A DNA stretch of 64,000 nt, taken from positions 124,001 to 188,000 of the IMG/VR virus record IMGVR_UViG_3300036715_004471; one strand, written 5' to 3'. Every line of letters begins with the position of its first letter. The stretch's first letter is position 1. Below the pieces are notes generated by a model, which saw only the letters and a program-made list of their open reading frames with translations, was not told where the DNA came from and made no database searches. Both the position numbers and the translations under genes were made by a program. Shown here in pieces: positions 1 through 9,023 of the stretch.

Positions 1-423
1 CAACGGGGATGGGTCGCTCTCCGTTAGGGCGCGGTAGCTATCTGCTACCGCCTCGCGGTGTCTTGCGACCCGCTTGACTACGCCAGCCGGGAAGGCTGGA
101 TGGGAAGCGCACCATTGCGCTTCGCCCGGCTAGCTCATCAGGGAGCGTCGCCGGTATCTCACCACAATTAGTGCGATTGATGGGCTCCCCCTATTCTGAT
201 TGATGTGCTCAATCTCCCCTAGCTCGGGGCTCGGCAGCCCTCGGCATCGATCTTGCATCTTGCAATCTTCGTGCCAGTCGTATCAGTCCATTCAATATAT
301 TGGTCCGACCTTTGCATATTGCAATCTCTAGACCATATCGTCAATTCTGTGAAAACAGAATTGGTCTTGGCATATTCAATGCAATATGCAAAGAGAGTGC
401 CAAGGTAAAAAGGAAACGCGAAA

Positions 424-443
424 GGGGAGCCCGAAGGCTCCCC
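424..443 (-). terminator. Intrinsic terminator hairpin (8-bp GC stem, UUCG loop on minus strand)
   Basis: ggggagcc-cgaa-ggctcccc. On the minus strand it is followed by a T-rich run and lies just downstream of ORF 463..672. Confidence 0.7.
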
Positions 444-462
444 GCGACTGGCACGGATCTTG

Positions 463-672
463 CTAGAGAGAAGCAATCGCTAGCATGGCAACAAGCTCCG
501 CGCGATCATCAGGATCCCAACCGGGGAGATCCAGATCCCAGAACCATGCCGGGGCGAGATCGCACAGATTCGACGTTACCTCGTCGAAAGCCGCATCGTC
601 ATCGGTCGACGTGGCATGGTAAGTGTAGAGCGCGGCGAGGATATGTTCGACGGTGGTGCACATACTCCACAC
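463..672 (-). CDS. Hypothetical small acidic protein
   Basis: 69-aa ORF in the GC-rich segment followed by a terminator hairpin; true start uncertain. Confidence 0.5.
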   Translation of the reverse strand: MWSMCTTVEHILAALYTYHATSTDDDAAFDEVTSNLCDLAPAWFWDLDLPGWDPDDRAELVAMLAIASL

Positions 673-780
673 GCAAAGCGCAGGAAGATGGGCATTGGAT
701 GGGTTTTACAGTCAGAACGGAAGCGCCCGTTCTCCCCCTCGACGGGGAATATTGGGGCGCTTCCTAGTTGTCGCCGCCCC

Positions 781-969
781 TCAGTTGATGGGGTCGATCC
801 CGTCGAAGTTGACTTCCTTCTCGCGCTCCGCGAGGGTCAGCCGCTCGCGCTTGGCACGCCGCTTGTCCTTGCCGCGGATCTCGCCCGTGAGCTTGGCATC
901 GGCGCGCATGTCGCGCGTCTGCGACTTGATCAGGGAATCCAGCTCCGAACCCGACGAACGCTTCTTCAT
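781..969 (-). CDS. Hypothetical small basic protein (MKKRSSGSELDSL..., 62 aa)
   Basis: Part of ORF 781..1056. The ATG at 969 is preceded by a GAGGGA RBS-like sequence, and codons are GC3-rich. Confidence 0.6.
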   Translation of the reverse strand: MKKRSSGSELDSLIKSQTRDMRADAKLTGEIRGKDKRRAKRERLTLAEREKEVNFDGIDPIN

Positions 970-1122
970 GATGATCCCTCGAATCCTTCGAAAGATTGGT
1001 TGCTTAGAAACGCCTGGGACGGAAAAACCCGTCTTCCAAGCGGGTTGTCCAGGCATCGAACCGAAGCCAGTAATCGAGCAGCTTATCCAGCATACCCGAC
1101 GCCTGGCTCTGGTCTGGATGGG

Positions 1123-1398
1123 TCACAGCATCCCCGCCGCCGAGGCGACGACGAGCACCACGGTCCCGACGATCCACACGATGAGACCCTTCCACTGTCC
1201 GATCCAGATCGACACCACAGCCAGTGCCGTCCCGGCAATGGTGATGGGTACCTCCTGCGGGGCGAGCGACATGCGCCTGGCGCCGAGCAGCACCATGAGC
1301 GCGACCAGCGCCACCGTGCCGAAGAACCACACCGCGATACCCTTGCCCTTGCCGATGAAAAGGGCGACCAGATTGAGAGCGAGAACGAGGAGAGCCAT
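1123..1398 (-). CDS. Hypothetical small membrane protein (about 4 hydrophobic segments)
   Basis: Part of ORF 1123..1545. The ATG at 1398 is preceded by GAAGG, and the product is very hydrophobic. Confidence 0.6.
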   Translation of the reverse strand: MALLVLALNLVALFIGKGKGIAVWFFGTVALVALMVLLGARRMSLAPQEVPITIAGTALAVVSIWIGQWKGLIVWIVGTVVLVVASAAGML

Positions 1399-1557
1399 GA
1401 ACTTGCCTTCGGTCAGTGCAGGATGGGTTGGACCACCAGCGCGGCAGTCGCCGCGGCATAGCCAATGCCACCGAGCCAACGCCAGCGGGCGGTGAAGCCA
1501 TAGAAGCCCACCGCCCAAACCAACATCAGAGTACAGGGGGTCCATCTTGGATCTGGG

Positions 1558-1725
1558 CTACTTGCCCACCACGATGGGCTCCTGCCCCTCCCTCTGCCAG
1601 GTGCCCGACCCACCAGCGATGGTAGTCTGCATCAGGAGGCTCGCGGCGCGACGGCGCGCGATGGGGCTGTCCTCGACCTGGACGGTGGTGGTCTTGCCGG
1701 CGATGGTGGTGGTGAGGGTGATCAT
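1558..1725 (-). CDS. Hypothetical 55-aa protein (MITLTTTIAGKTTTVQVED...), not in the ORF track
   Basis: AGGAGG RBS 7 nt upstream of the ATG, GC3-rich codons, TAG stop. Confidence 0.6.
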   Translation of the reverse strand: MITLTTTIAGKTTTVQVEDSPIARRRAASLLMQTTIAGGSGTWQREGQEPIVVGK

Positions 1726-2443
1726 GGTCCTGCCTCCTACCTCTGGTAGATGGGCTTGGGATAGACGACCGTGATCCCGACCCGCTTGGAATAGCGAACC
1801 AGCTCGCCAAACGTGGCTTGTGCCCGACGTTCACCGTCTTTGGTGTCATGATGGGCACTGATCGCCCAGTAGCTAGGGCTGATCTGAGCCGAAACCACGA
1901 TGATCGCCTTGGGTGACATAAGTATTCTTATTTCCTTACCTTGATGGGATAAAGAAAGAAAAAAGATGTCGATGGGTAGTCGAAGAGTTTTCTTTTCCCT
2001 TTTACTAACACCTTGAGAGATGGGTCGAGGGTTAGGGGCAGCAGTTCGGGTGGTACGGTGGGGCTGTAAAAGGTGGGTGATGGGTCCGCGTTGGCACGAC
2101 TCTTGCCTCCCAAATAGGGGTAATCTAATAACTAATTACATCTAAAAATGTATATGCGACACATTAATACAAATACAAAGCAAATAATCAACATTAAACC
2201 ACCCTATTTGAAATTAAATGGGGTATTTCATCTTTCTATCAATTACATTCACTCAGAATATAATCAAGCATCTTATCGCATTACATAAAGAACAATTCTC
2301 AAGATTGAGCATATAGTTCTTAATGAGCTAAGTGGGGATGGTTATGGGAGGTTGGTGGTTAATCTTGCGTTTAATCGGCATATAATAATTGGGATATGGC
2401 TTGGCGACATTTTTCGCACTAGCTATATAAGGAGATCTTCTCG

Positions 2444-3175
2444 ATGAAATTCTCTTCATTCTTATTCAGGGTCATATGTGGTTTGCTGTTATTGGTAACT
2501 ACGGCAAACTGTTGTTCAGGTTTTAACCATAGAGCGGAGGCGCCGGCGGGCAAACCGGCATATTTATTAGATAGCACGGTAGCGTTGGTGACGGGGAGTC
2601 CTGTTAATGAGTTTCAATATTACACATATTGTGCTGGGGTATGGATTTCTCCCGATCAATTTTTGACGGCGCACCACTGTATTATTCATGAAGAATATGA
2701 AACTAATATGATGGGGAAGATGGTTAGGTTTAAGACTCGTCGTGAAGTGAGTATTAGTAAGAATGAATTAACGGTGAGTGATCCGCATTATGGAGTAGTA
2801 GTAGCGATAGATTCTTTGCATGATTTAGCTTTAGTTAAGTCTGTAGATTTGGGATTGGAGCATTCTGTGGCAAAAATCAAGGAATCTGCTGTAGAGGTTG
2901 GGGAGGGAGTTAAGATAGTGGGGCACACTAGTGGATTAACTTATACTTATATAGTTGGGGTGGTATCAGCTATTAGGGTAGATTTCCCTGAGGATGGGGA
3001 TCATTATTTTCAGGTTTCGACGCCGGGGTATAAGGGGAATTCTGGTGGTGGATTATTTGATAATGATGGTAATTTGATGGGAATCTGTTCTAGTTTATTT
3101 AGAGGGGCGCCGAATGTAATTTTGTTTATTCACAAGGATGAGATGGTTAAGTTTTTGAGAGAGAATCAGATATAA
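2444..3175 (+). CDS. Trypsin-like (S1) serine protease with N-terminal signal/lipoprotein peptide
   Basis: Catalytic motifs TAHH, DLALV and GNSGG; hydrophobic N-terminus with Cys; AAGGAG RBS. Confidence 0.85.
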   Translation: MKFSSFLFRVICGLLLLVTTANCCSGFNHRAEAPAGKPAYLLDSTVALVTGSPVNEFQYYTYCAGVWISPDQFLTAHHCIIHEEYETNMMGKMVRFKTRREVSISKNELTVSDPHYGVVVAIDSLHDLALVKSVDLGLEHSVAKIKESAVEVGEGVKIVGHTSGLTYTYIVGVVSAIRVDFPEDGDHYFQVSTPGYKGNSGGGLFDNDGNLMGICSSLFRGAPNVILFIHKDEMVKFLRENQI

Positions 3176-3498
3176 GCTTTTAGTTTGGATAATCTTACAG
3201 CCACATCTTTCGCATTATTGGGGGAGATGTGGTTTGCATTTGGTAGATTATCCACGATAATTTTATCTTTTAGTTCTAGGGAATAGGTATTAGAGTTTAT
3301 GGCGAGGATTAGGTTATAGCCGGCTTGGGAGTCATCGGTTAATTCGAAATCTTTATTGAAATAGAAAGCCAGGACGAACAATTCATCTTTGAAGAAGCTA
3401 TGGTAGACTTTGCAATGTTCGCAGAAGGCGATATTAGGGATGAATGAGGTATTGAGTCTTTGTTCACAGAAGACGCAGGAGCGATTGAGAGTTTTCAT
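3166..3498 (-). CDS. CxxC zinc-ribbon family protein with C-terminal tag (RLSKLKAYI)
   Basis: CVFC and CEHC motifs; shared C-terminal motif. Confidence 0.75.
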   Translation of the reverse strand: MKTLNRSCVFCEQRLNTSFIPNIAFCEHCKVYHSFFKDELFVLAFYFNKDFELTDDSQAGYNLILAINSNTYSLELKDKIIVDNLPNANHISPNNAKDVAVRLSKLKAYI

Positions 3499-3884
3499 AG
3501 GAAAACCTTTTGATTCATGATACGTTTAACGAAGTCTTTAGCATTTTGCGGATTTATGGATGGGGGATGATCCATTTTAAAAATTGATATGGATTCAGCA
3601 TCAAGATATACTTGGGTTCGTTTAACTTCCAGCATTTCCAAGGTTTTATGAATAAGATCGATATTGATTAGGTATCTTGGGAAAGAATATTGATTTATTA
3701 GGAAACCAATCATTACTAATTTGCCGGGGACTCCATTGGGGGAATTTTCCTGATCGACCACATGGTTAACTTGGATTGGACAGTTATTACAATAGTATAT
3801 TTTATTGAAATCGAAGTATGTATTTCCGCTGCCCATATTATGGTTACAGAAGATGCAATTGAACTGTGTGGGGAAGAGGGTCAT
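3495..3884 (-). CDS. CxxC zinc-ribbon family protein with C-terminal tag (RIMNQKVFL)
   Basis: CIFC and CNNC motifs; 4-bp start/stop overlaps with neighbours. Confidence 0.75.
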   Translation of the reverse strand: MTLFPTQFNCIFCNHNMGSGNTYFDFNKIYYCNNCPIQVNHVVDQENSPNGVPGKLVMIGFLINQYSFPRYLINIDLIHKTLEMLEVKRTQVYLDAESISIFKMDHPPSINPQNAKDFVKRIMNQKVFL

Positions 3885-4207
3885 GAGAAAGCTTTTTGCT
3901 TTAATAAACGCTTTAGATATTGATGTGCTCCTTGTGGGGAGAGGTTAGGAACTTGGGACAATTGCAGAATGCACCGGTCTTTTCCATCTTGTTTATAGAG
4001 GGCGCAGCGATTTAAAATTGTATTTATATTGATGGAATATCGGGATCCTTTTTCATAAAGGAGGAAATCAAAGCTTATGGGGGTTTGATTACGGATATCG
4101 AAATTGTAAGAAACTTGAATGGGGCAATGCAAGCAAGTTAAGGAATAGCAGGGATATTTGGTATATACGCGATTAGATAATTGATTATTACAAAACTGAC
4201 ACTTCAA
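3881..4207 (-). CDS. CxxC zinc-ribbon family protein with C-terminal tag (RLLKQKAFS)
   Basis: CQFC and CLHC motifs. Likely TTG start at 4207 after GAGG; the ORF track extends it to 4321. Confidence 0.7.
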   Translation of the reverse strand: MKCQFCNNQLSNRVYTKYPCYSLTCLHCPIQVSYNFDIRNQTPISFDFLLYEKGSRYSININTILNRCALYKQDGKDRCILQLSQVPNLSPQGAHQYLKRLLKQKAFS

Positions 4208-4230
4208 TGGGCAACCTCTTTGCAGGGTTA

Positions 4231-4551
4231 TTAGGTAAATAGTAAATACAGGGAAAGCTTTTCTTTTAACTTTTCCAATTTGGGGAAATCCAGCTCCATA
4301 ATTTTTGGAATAGCCAGACACATTTTAGGATCTGTGGGCTCATAATAATAGAATGAGCATTGTTTCTCGAAATTAACCTCAAGGGAAGTATAATTATCGA
4401 GATAAACAACAATATGTTCCACTTTTTTATTGGTGGATTTTAATGAGAAAAAGTGGGCGGCGCTTTTGGCGCAGGTGCGATTGACACTTTGGTTAAAGGT
4501 TCTATTTTTTAATTTATTGTAGCAGATGGGACAGTGCGAGAGATCCTGCAT
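4231..4551 (-). CDS. CxxC zinc-ribbon family protein with C-terminal tag (KLSLYLLFT)
   Basis: CPIC motif and later C...H; shared C-terminal motif. Confidence 0.75.
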   Translation of the reverse strand: MQDLSHCPICYNKLKNRTFNQSVNRTCAKSAAHFFSLKSTNKKVEHIVVYLDNYTSLEVNFEKQCSFYYYEPTDPKMCLAIPKIMELDFPKLEKLKEKLSLYLLFT

Positions 4552-4572
4552 ACAGTATATATAACTTGAATT

Positions 4573-4926
4573 TTAGCTGAAGATAATGCACAGCTTTAAT
4601 TTGTTATACAGAGATTTTAAGTTAGAAAAATTTGGTTCAAAAAATGGAAGGATAATGGGATTATTTTCTATCATCTTACCATGCCAACGAGTGATAGAGA
4701 TATATTTCTTGTCTAAATTCCAACTTATCTCGTGTTGGTAATCGCCTCCCACCAGATAGATATCTCTAATGTTATCATCTTCGCCTGGAACAGATTCTAT
4801 ATACAGGCGATGATTTAATCTTCTCTTACAAGATTTGCGCAAGACAGTCTTGTTTGCATTAAGAGATGCCAAGTAATCATTTACCATTGGATCTCTACAT
4901 ACAGGGCACAAAGAGGGCATTTGCAT
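4573..4926 (-). CDS. CxxC zinc-ribbon family protein with C-terminal tag (KLKLCIIFS)
   Basis: CPVC motif and CKRRLNH; shared C-terminal motif. Confidence 0.75.
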   Translation of the reverse strand: MQMPSLCPVCRDPMVNDYLASLNANKTVLRKSCKRRLNHRLYIESVPGEDDNIRDIYLVGGDYQHEISWNLDKKYISITRWHGKMIENNPIILPFFEPNFSNLKSLYNKLKLCIIFS

Positions 4927-5695
4927 GTCTTTTTATAATCGCGTAAATTGTTGGAATAGATACTTCAAATAGCGAAGATAGTTCTTTATTTTTCATACCT
5001 TCATTGTAGTATTTTATCAATTCTATTTCTTTATCAAAAGAAAGTTTAATTTTTGATTTCGACATTTTTTGTCTAGTATCATCTGATTTTGCTTTACCTT
5101 TTTTAGGGATAGACATTTTTTCTTTTGTCTCTTCGCTAAGTTTTGATCCTAGTTTAGCTTCGGACATTGCTTGTCTAGTATCTAATGATCTTTTAACTCC
5201 TAGATTAGACTGAGATATTTTCTTTTTCCATTCTTCAGTTTTGGGGCGTCCTTTATGAGCTTTAGAAGCCTTCTCTCGCCACTCATCTGAATGTGGATTC
5301 AGTTTACCAATATTACTTTCAGAAATCTTCTTTCTTGAATCTTCAGAATGATGCTTTCCGTACATTGGCTGTTGTTCAGCGGGCAATCCAGTATTCCAAG
5401 CGGAATCGCCACCAGGTGCCAGATTATATCCCTTTTCTTTATTACGACTATCATATTGAATGATTAGTTGCTTTTCTGCCTCATTAGCATCTTCTTGTGT
5501 TAATGAGGTACAAATCACTTCATAAGTAAAATTATCAATCCCATACTTATTCATTGCTTTATGAATATATTGGTTAGTTTTGTCAGGATTTCTTCCAAAA
5601 TACTTATGCTGACGCCATCTTTCTTTTTCCTTATTAGACTGACCAATATAAACTTTTCCATTTAGTTGGTTTGTTATTTTATACAGATAAATCAT
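4895..5695 (-). mobile_element. Free-standing GIY-YIG homing endonuclease with NUMOD3 repeats
   Basis: IYLYKITNQLNGKVYIGQS, GYNL motif, and repeated (H)SE(D/E)xxxK(I/M)S units. Confidence 0.9.
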
Positions 5696-5733
5696 AATAT
5701 CTCCTCACAGAGTATATTATACTATGCGTATAA

Positions 5734-6081
5734 TTAAGAAAAAAGTAAATAGGTTTTGATTTTTTGTTTGATCTTATCGAGATTAGACAAATCAGTAGAG
5801 ATGATGCTTGGCACCTTGATGGGACGACGTTCGTTTGCTTTAGTCCACAAACTAGTGGTGTTATCTTGATAATTGAATTGTGCAAAGAACTTGTGGGCGC
5901 CGTCTTTGATTCTCAACTTCATAATTATTAATTCGCCGGCAGCCGATATTCTTTTTGCCAATAGATGATCCTCTTGTCGACAAACTAAATCCACATTCTT
6001 GGATGCAAAGACAGATTCTTCTGTTAATTGAGCGTTACAAATTGGACAAACATTGGACATAAATACCTTTGTATTACACAT
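5734..6081 (-). CDS. CxxC zinc-ribbon family protein with C-terminal tag (KIKTYLLFS)
   Basis: CPIC motif and CRQEDH; shared C-terminal motif. Confidence 0.75.
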   Translation of the reverse strand: MCNTKVFMSNVCPICNAQLTEESVFASKNVDLVCRQEDHLLAKRISAAGELIIMKLRIKDGAHKFFAQFNYQDNTTSLWTKANERRPIKVPSIISTDLSNLDKIKQKIKTYLLFS

Positions 6082-6108
6082 AAAACGCTATATATTTATA
6101 GCAAATGA

Positions 6109-6542
6109 ATGAAAGTCATTATGATAAGATATCACTCCAACAAAACTATTCTTAATTTTAGCGATGGCAAAATCTCTCGCAGTAGACTTAGAAAATCACT
6201 AAGCACTACCAAATTTATTCCATCTATCTATCAAAGCGAAGATTTGCGTTTTTCTTATGTAGAGAATGAAATTATCGTAGGAATGAAATTATCGTAGGAA
6301 TATATAAGATACGCATCCTACTTAATTGGGAAAAGGAAGGGGAATTCCTTCGCAATTACGGCGGATTTCAAATTCGAGTTTATCAAGGCAATGAAGAAAA
6401 AGAGATTGATTTAGAGTCAGACTGTCGATTTAACTTTCAGTCTTGGCTATCATTAAACCATAATTCAAAATTGAAAATCAAACATCTTGCAGAGATTATT
6501 ATCTATTGTCAGCGCCTCAATAAACTAAAAGTTTTCTTATGA
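6109..6542 (+). pseudogene. 138-aa tagged protein (ends RLNKLKVFL) frameshifted by a 17-bp tandem duplication
   Basis: Removing one copy of gaatgaaattatcgtag restores an open frame to TGA at 6540-6542. The C-terminal part resembles ORF 10903..11442. Confidence 0.8.
6264..6297 (+). repeat. Perfect 17-bp tandem duplication (gaatgaaattatcgtag x2)
   Basis: Read directly at 6264-6280 and 6281-6297. Confidence 0.95.
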
Positions 6543-7157
6543 AAATAAGATTAAAGTATTCATTTTGTTAATGAATGTCTGCTTGTTTTTGAACTTGGAC
6601 AAAGGTTGCAATGGCATTTTTAAATCGATAGGTTCTTCGTATTTTATGACTCTATCGGTTGGGACAGAGGTTTTAGCAACCATTAAAATTGACTCCTGAT
6701 TATCCCAATTTGATGTAAGAGAATACATCTTATCTGGCTCTTCAATCAGCAGAAATTCTTTACGTATTGACAATGGTTTTAATATCTTTTTATCAAGATC
6801 AAAAAGCATACTATGAGACCGTATGTAAGAACCACAACGAGTACATTTACTAGTGGCATACATTATATGCTCGGATAGATAATCTGTCAAGGCATTAATA
6901 TCTGAAATAATTTTGTTGCTTTTGTGTAAAATTCTCAAGTTAAGAGTGCCGTCAGAATAATTAACTTTCAAATCCATATCCACCATTTGGGGCGTAACTA
7001 CTGGATGAAGAATAATACCTTTTCCAGCCTTTGTTATAGGATGTTCCGCCATTGGATCATCAAGTTTCCTAGTAATAACCCTAAAAAATGTATTCTCTTG
7101 ACAAGAAAAACAAGGATTATTATAGGTGATAAAATCTTTAAGCGTTAGAAGTTTCAT
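6537..7157 (-). CDS. Long-form CxxC family protein with C-terminal tag (KMNTLILFS)
   Basis: CFSC and CTRC motifs; shared C-terminal motif. Confidence 0.75.
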   Translation of the reverse strand: MKLLTLKDFITYNNPCFSCQENTFFRVITRKLDDPMAEHPITKAGKGIILHPVVTPQMVDMDLKVNYSDGTLNLRILHKSNKIISDINALTDYLSEHIMYATSKCTRCGSYIRSHSMLFDLDKKILKPLSIRKEFLLIEEPDKMYSLTSNWDNQESILMVAKTSVPTDRVIKYEEPIDLKMPLQPLSKFKNKQTFINKMNTLILFS

Positions 7158-8242
7158 TATTCTTTATTGTGCAAATAAGCCATGATGAATTGTTCAATAT
7201 CTCCATCTAAAACCTTATCAGCATTTCTCACTTCGCAATCTGTACGATGATCTTTAACCATTTGGGATGGAAACAAAACATAAGATCTAATCTGATGACC
7301 GAATGAATTATCCTGCATGCTGGTGAAATACTTTTCTTTATCAGCGTTTTTCTTTTTCATTTCTACTTCATAAAGTTTAGCTTTCAACACTTTCATAGCT
7401 ATTTTGCGATTAGTGTGTTGATCTCTTTCTGATCTAGAATTGATTACGATACCAGTGGGAAGATGCTTTAATCTAACGGCGCTTTCTACCTTATTAACAT
7501 TTTGACCACCTGCACCGGATGCGCGCATAGTAGTAATTTCAATATCTTTGTCATTGATTTGAACATCAATAGTATCTTCGATATCTGGGAGTACAGCTAC
7601 CGCAGCAAAAGAGGTATGACGAGCATCGCCAGCATTGAAAGGAGAATTTCTTACTAACCTATGAACTCCAGCTTCTCCTTTCAGATAACCATAAGCATAA
7701 GGTCCATTAATGCGAATAGAGACTGAATCGGTACAAATTCCACCGTGCTCTTCTGATGGTTTCATATCCAGAAGCTCTATTTTGAAATTGGACATATCGG
7801 CATATCGAGAATACATTCTTAAAAGCATAGTAGTCCAATTTGCAGCTTCTAATCCGCCTGCACCAGCATTGATAGTTAAAATGGCTGGACTATCATCCAC
7901 AGGATTATTGAGCATTTGTTTGAATTCAAAATCACATAAGTCTTTATGGAAATCTTGAATTTGATTTGCTAATCCATCCAATTCTTCGGGAATAGATTGT
8001 TGACATTCTATATAAAAATCAGTTTGATCTTTGAAGAAGGAAAGTTTGCTTAACAATTCTGATACTTTTTGACGCTCTTTTAATGTAGCGGCGGCTTCTT
8101 TAGGATTATTCCAGATATTAGAATTATTAATAGCATTATCCAATTCCATTAATTTGTTTTTGTTAATGGAAACGGGTATCATCTGATGCAAATAGTCAAT
8201 TTTCTCTTTACATGATTCAATTAGTTGGGTTGTTGTTTTCAT
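7157..8242 (-). CDS. prfB: Peptide chain release factor 2
   Basis: SPF recognition tripeptide (VRNSPF), GAGGQNVNK and [10 protein letters not shown]. Likely ATG at 8242 after AAAGGA; no internal frameshift. Confidence 0.95.
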   Translation of the reverse strand: MKTTTQLIESCKEKIDYLHQMIPVSINKNKLMELDNAINNSNIWNNPKEAAATLKERQKVSELLSKLSFFKDQTDFYIECQQSIPEELDGLANQIQDFHKDLCDFEFKQMLNNPVDDSPAILTINAGAGGLEAANWTTMLLRMYSRYADMSNFKIELLDMKPSEEHGGICTDSVSIRINGPYAYGYLKGEAGVHRLVRNSPFNAGDARHTSFAAVAVLPDIEDTIDVQINDKDIEITTMRASGAGGQNVNKVESAVRLKHLPTGIVINSRSERDQHTNRKIAMKVLKAKLYEVEMKKKNADKEKYFTSMQDNSFGHQIRSYVLFPSQMVKDHRTDCEVRNADKVLDGDIEQFIMAYLHNKE

Positions 8243-8301
8243 AATGGGCGTCCTTTCAAGGCACACAACGCAGGTAATATTTGTAGGGCGCCGATGGGAC
8301 G

Positions 8302-9021
8302 TCAAGACATAATGACCCAGGAGTCAAGCCTGTTGAATAATCTTTCTTTATCTTCAAAGTTAATTCGATTATTAAGCAGTGGCATTTCTCTTTCTAAGAG
8401 TTTGGGCTCAAAATCTTCTTTTGAAGCTTCCTCATCGGTAACAGTATAATGATGAAAAACAGTTTTCTTCTCTTCATTATCCAATACGATTACGTAAACT
8501 TTTTCCAAATTCCCAGTTTTATTCTTGACCACATAATATTCATCTCTGTTAATAATTCCATTGTCTTGAATATACTTTACTAATAGTTGTTGTTTTGATT
8601 CATATTCATCAAGTTTAATTAATGGGGTGGATCGATAATAACATCCATAATAAATATCAATTTGATGATCATATCCCAAATCACTTATCGCTCGTGGATT
8701 ACACAGATAATAAAAGTACAGACTTTTCTGATCTTTTGCCATTTTCTGTGCAGATAAAGTATTGAAATTAGCTACATAGTTATCTCCATCTTTTTTAAGA
8801 AGCATAACTATTTCTTGAGATTTTTTAGTATTTCCAAAACCAGAATTAGGCTTATTCTTAGAGTATTCATGCTCTTCAAACCTGATAGTATCATCATTTG
8901 ATTGAGACGCTTTAAAAAGCTTTTTAACATAATCTAATTCGGAACCTCCCCATTGCATATACAATGTAAGCGGTTCTTGACAAATGGGGCAAAGTTTATT
9001 GAAATTCAGGAAGTCTTTCAT
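8302..9021 (-). CDS. Long-form CxxC family protein with C-terminal tag (RLDSWVIMS)
   Basis: N-terminus [14 protein letters not shown]; variant of the tag. Confidence 0.75.
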   Translation of the reverse strand: MKDFLNFNKLCPICQEPLTLYMQWGGSELDYVKKLFKASQSNDDTIRFEEHEYSKNKPNSGFGNTKKSQEIVMLLKKDGDNYVANFNTLSAQKMAKDQKSLYFYYLCNPRAISDLGYDHQIDIYYGCYYRSTPLIKLDEYESKQQLLVKYIQDNGIINRDEYYVVKNKTGNLEKVYVIVLDNEEKKTVFHHYTVTDEEASKEDFEPKLLEREMPLLNNRINFEDKERLFNRLDSWVIMS

Positions 9022-9023
9022 AT

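Noticed and set aside
300-1625. Long plus-strand ORFs (300..767, 616..1461, 653..1495) and overlapping alternatives
   Set aside because: They are Arg/Pro-rich shadow frames typical of GC-rich DNA. RBSs, codon pattern and the terminator support the short minus-strand genes instead.
2111-2210. 9-bp inverted repeat caaataggg/ccctatttg at the GC boundary as a mobile-element end
   Set aside because: Too short, with no transposase or target-site duplication; could be chance.
8242-8310. TCT-TGA-C at the end of 8302..9021 resembling the prfB CTT-TGA-C frameshift site
   Set aside because: RF2 lies in the -1 frame relative to the upstream gene, not +1, and has its own RBS and ATG at 8242.
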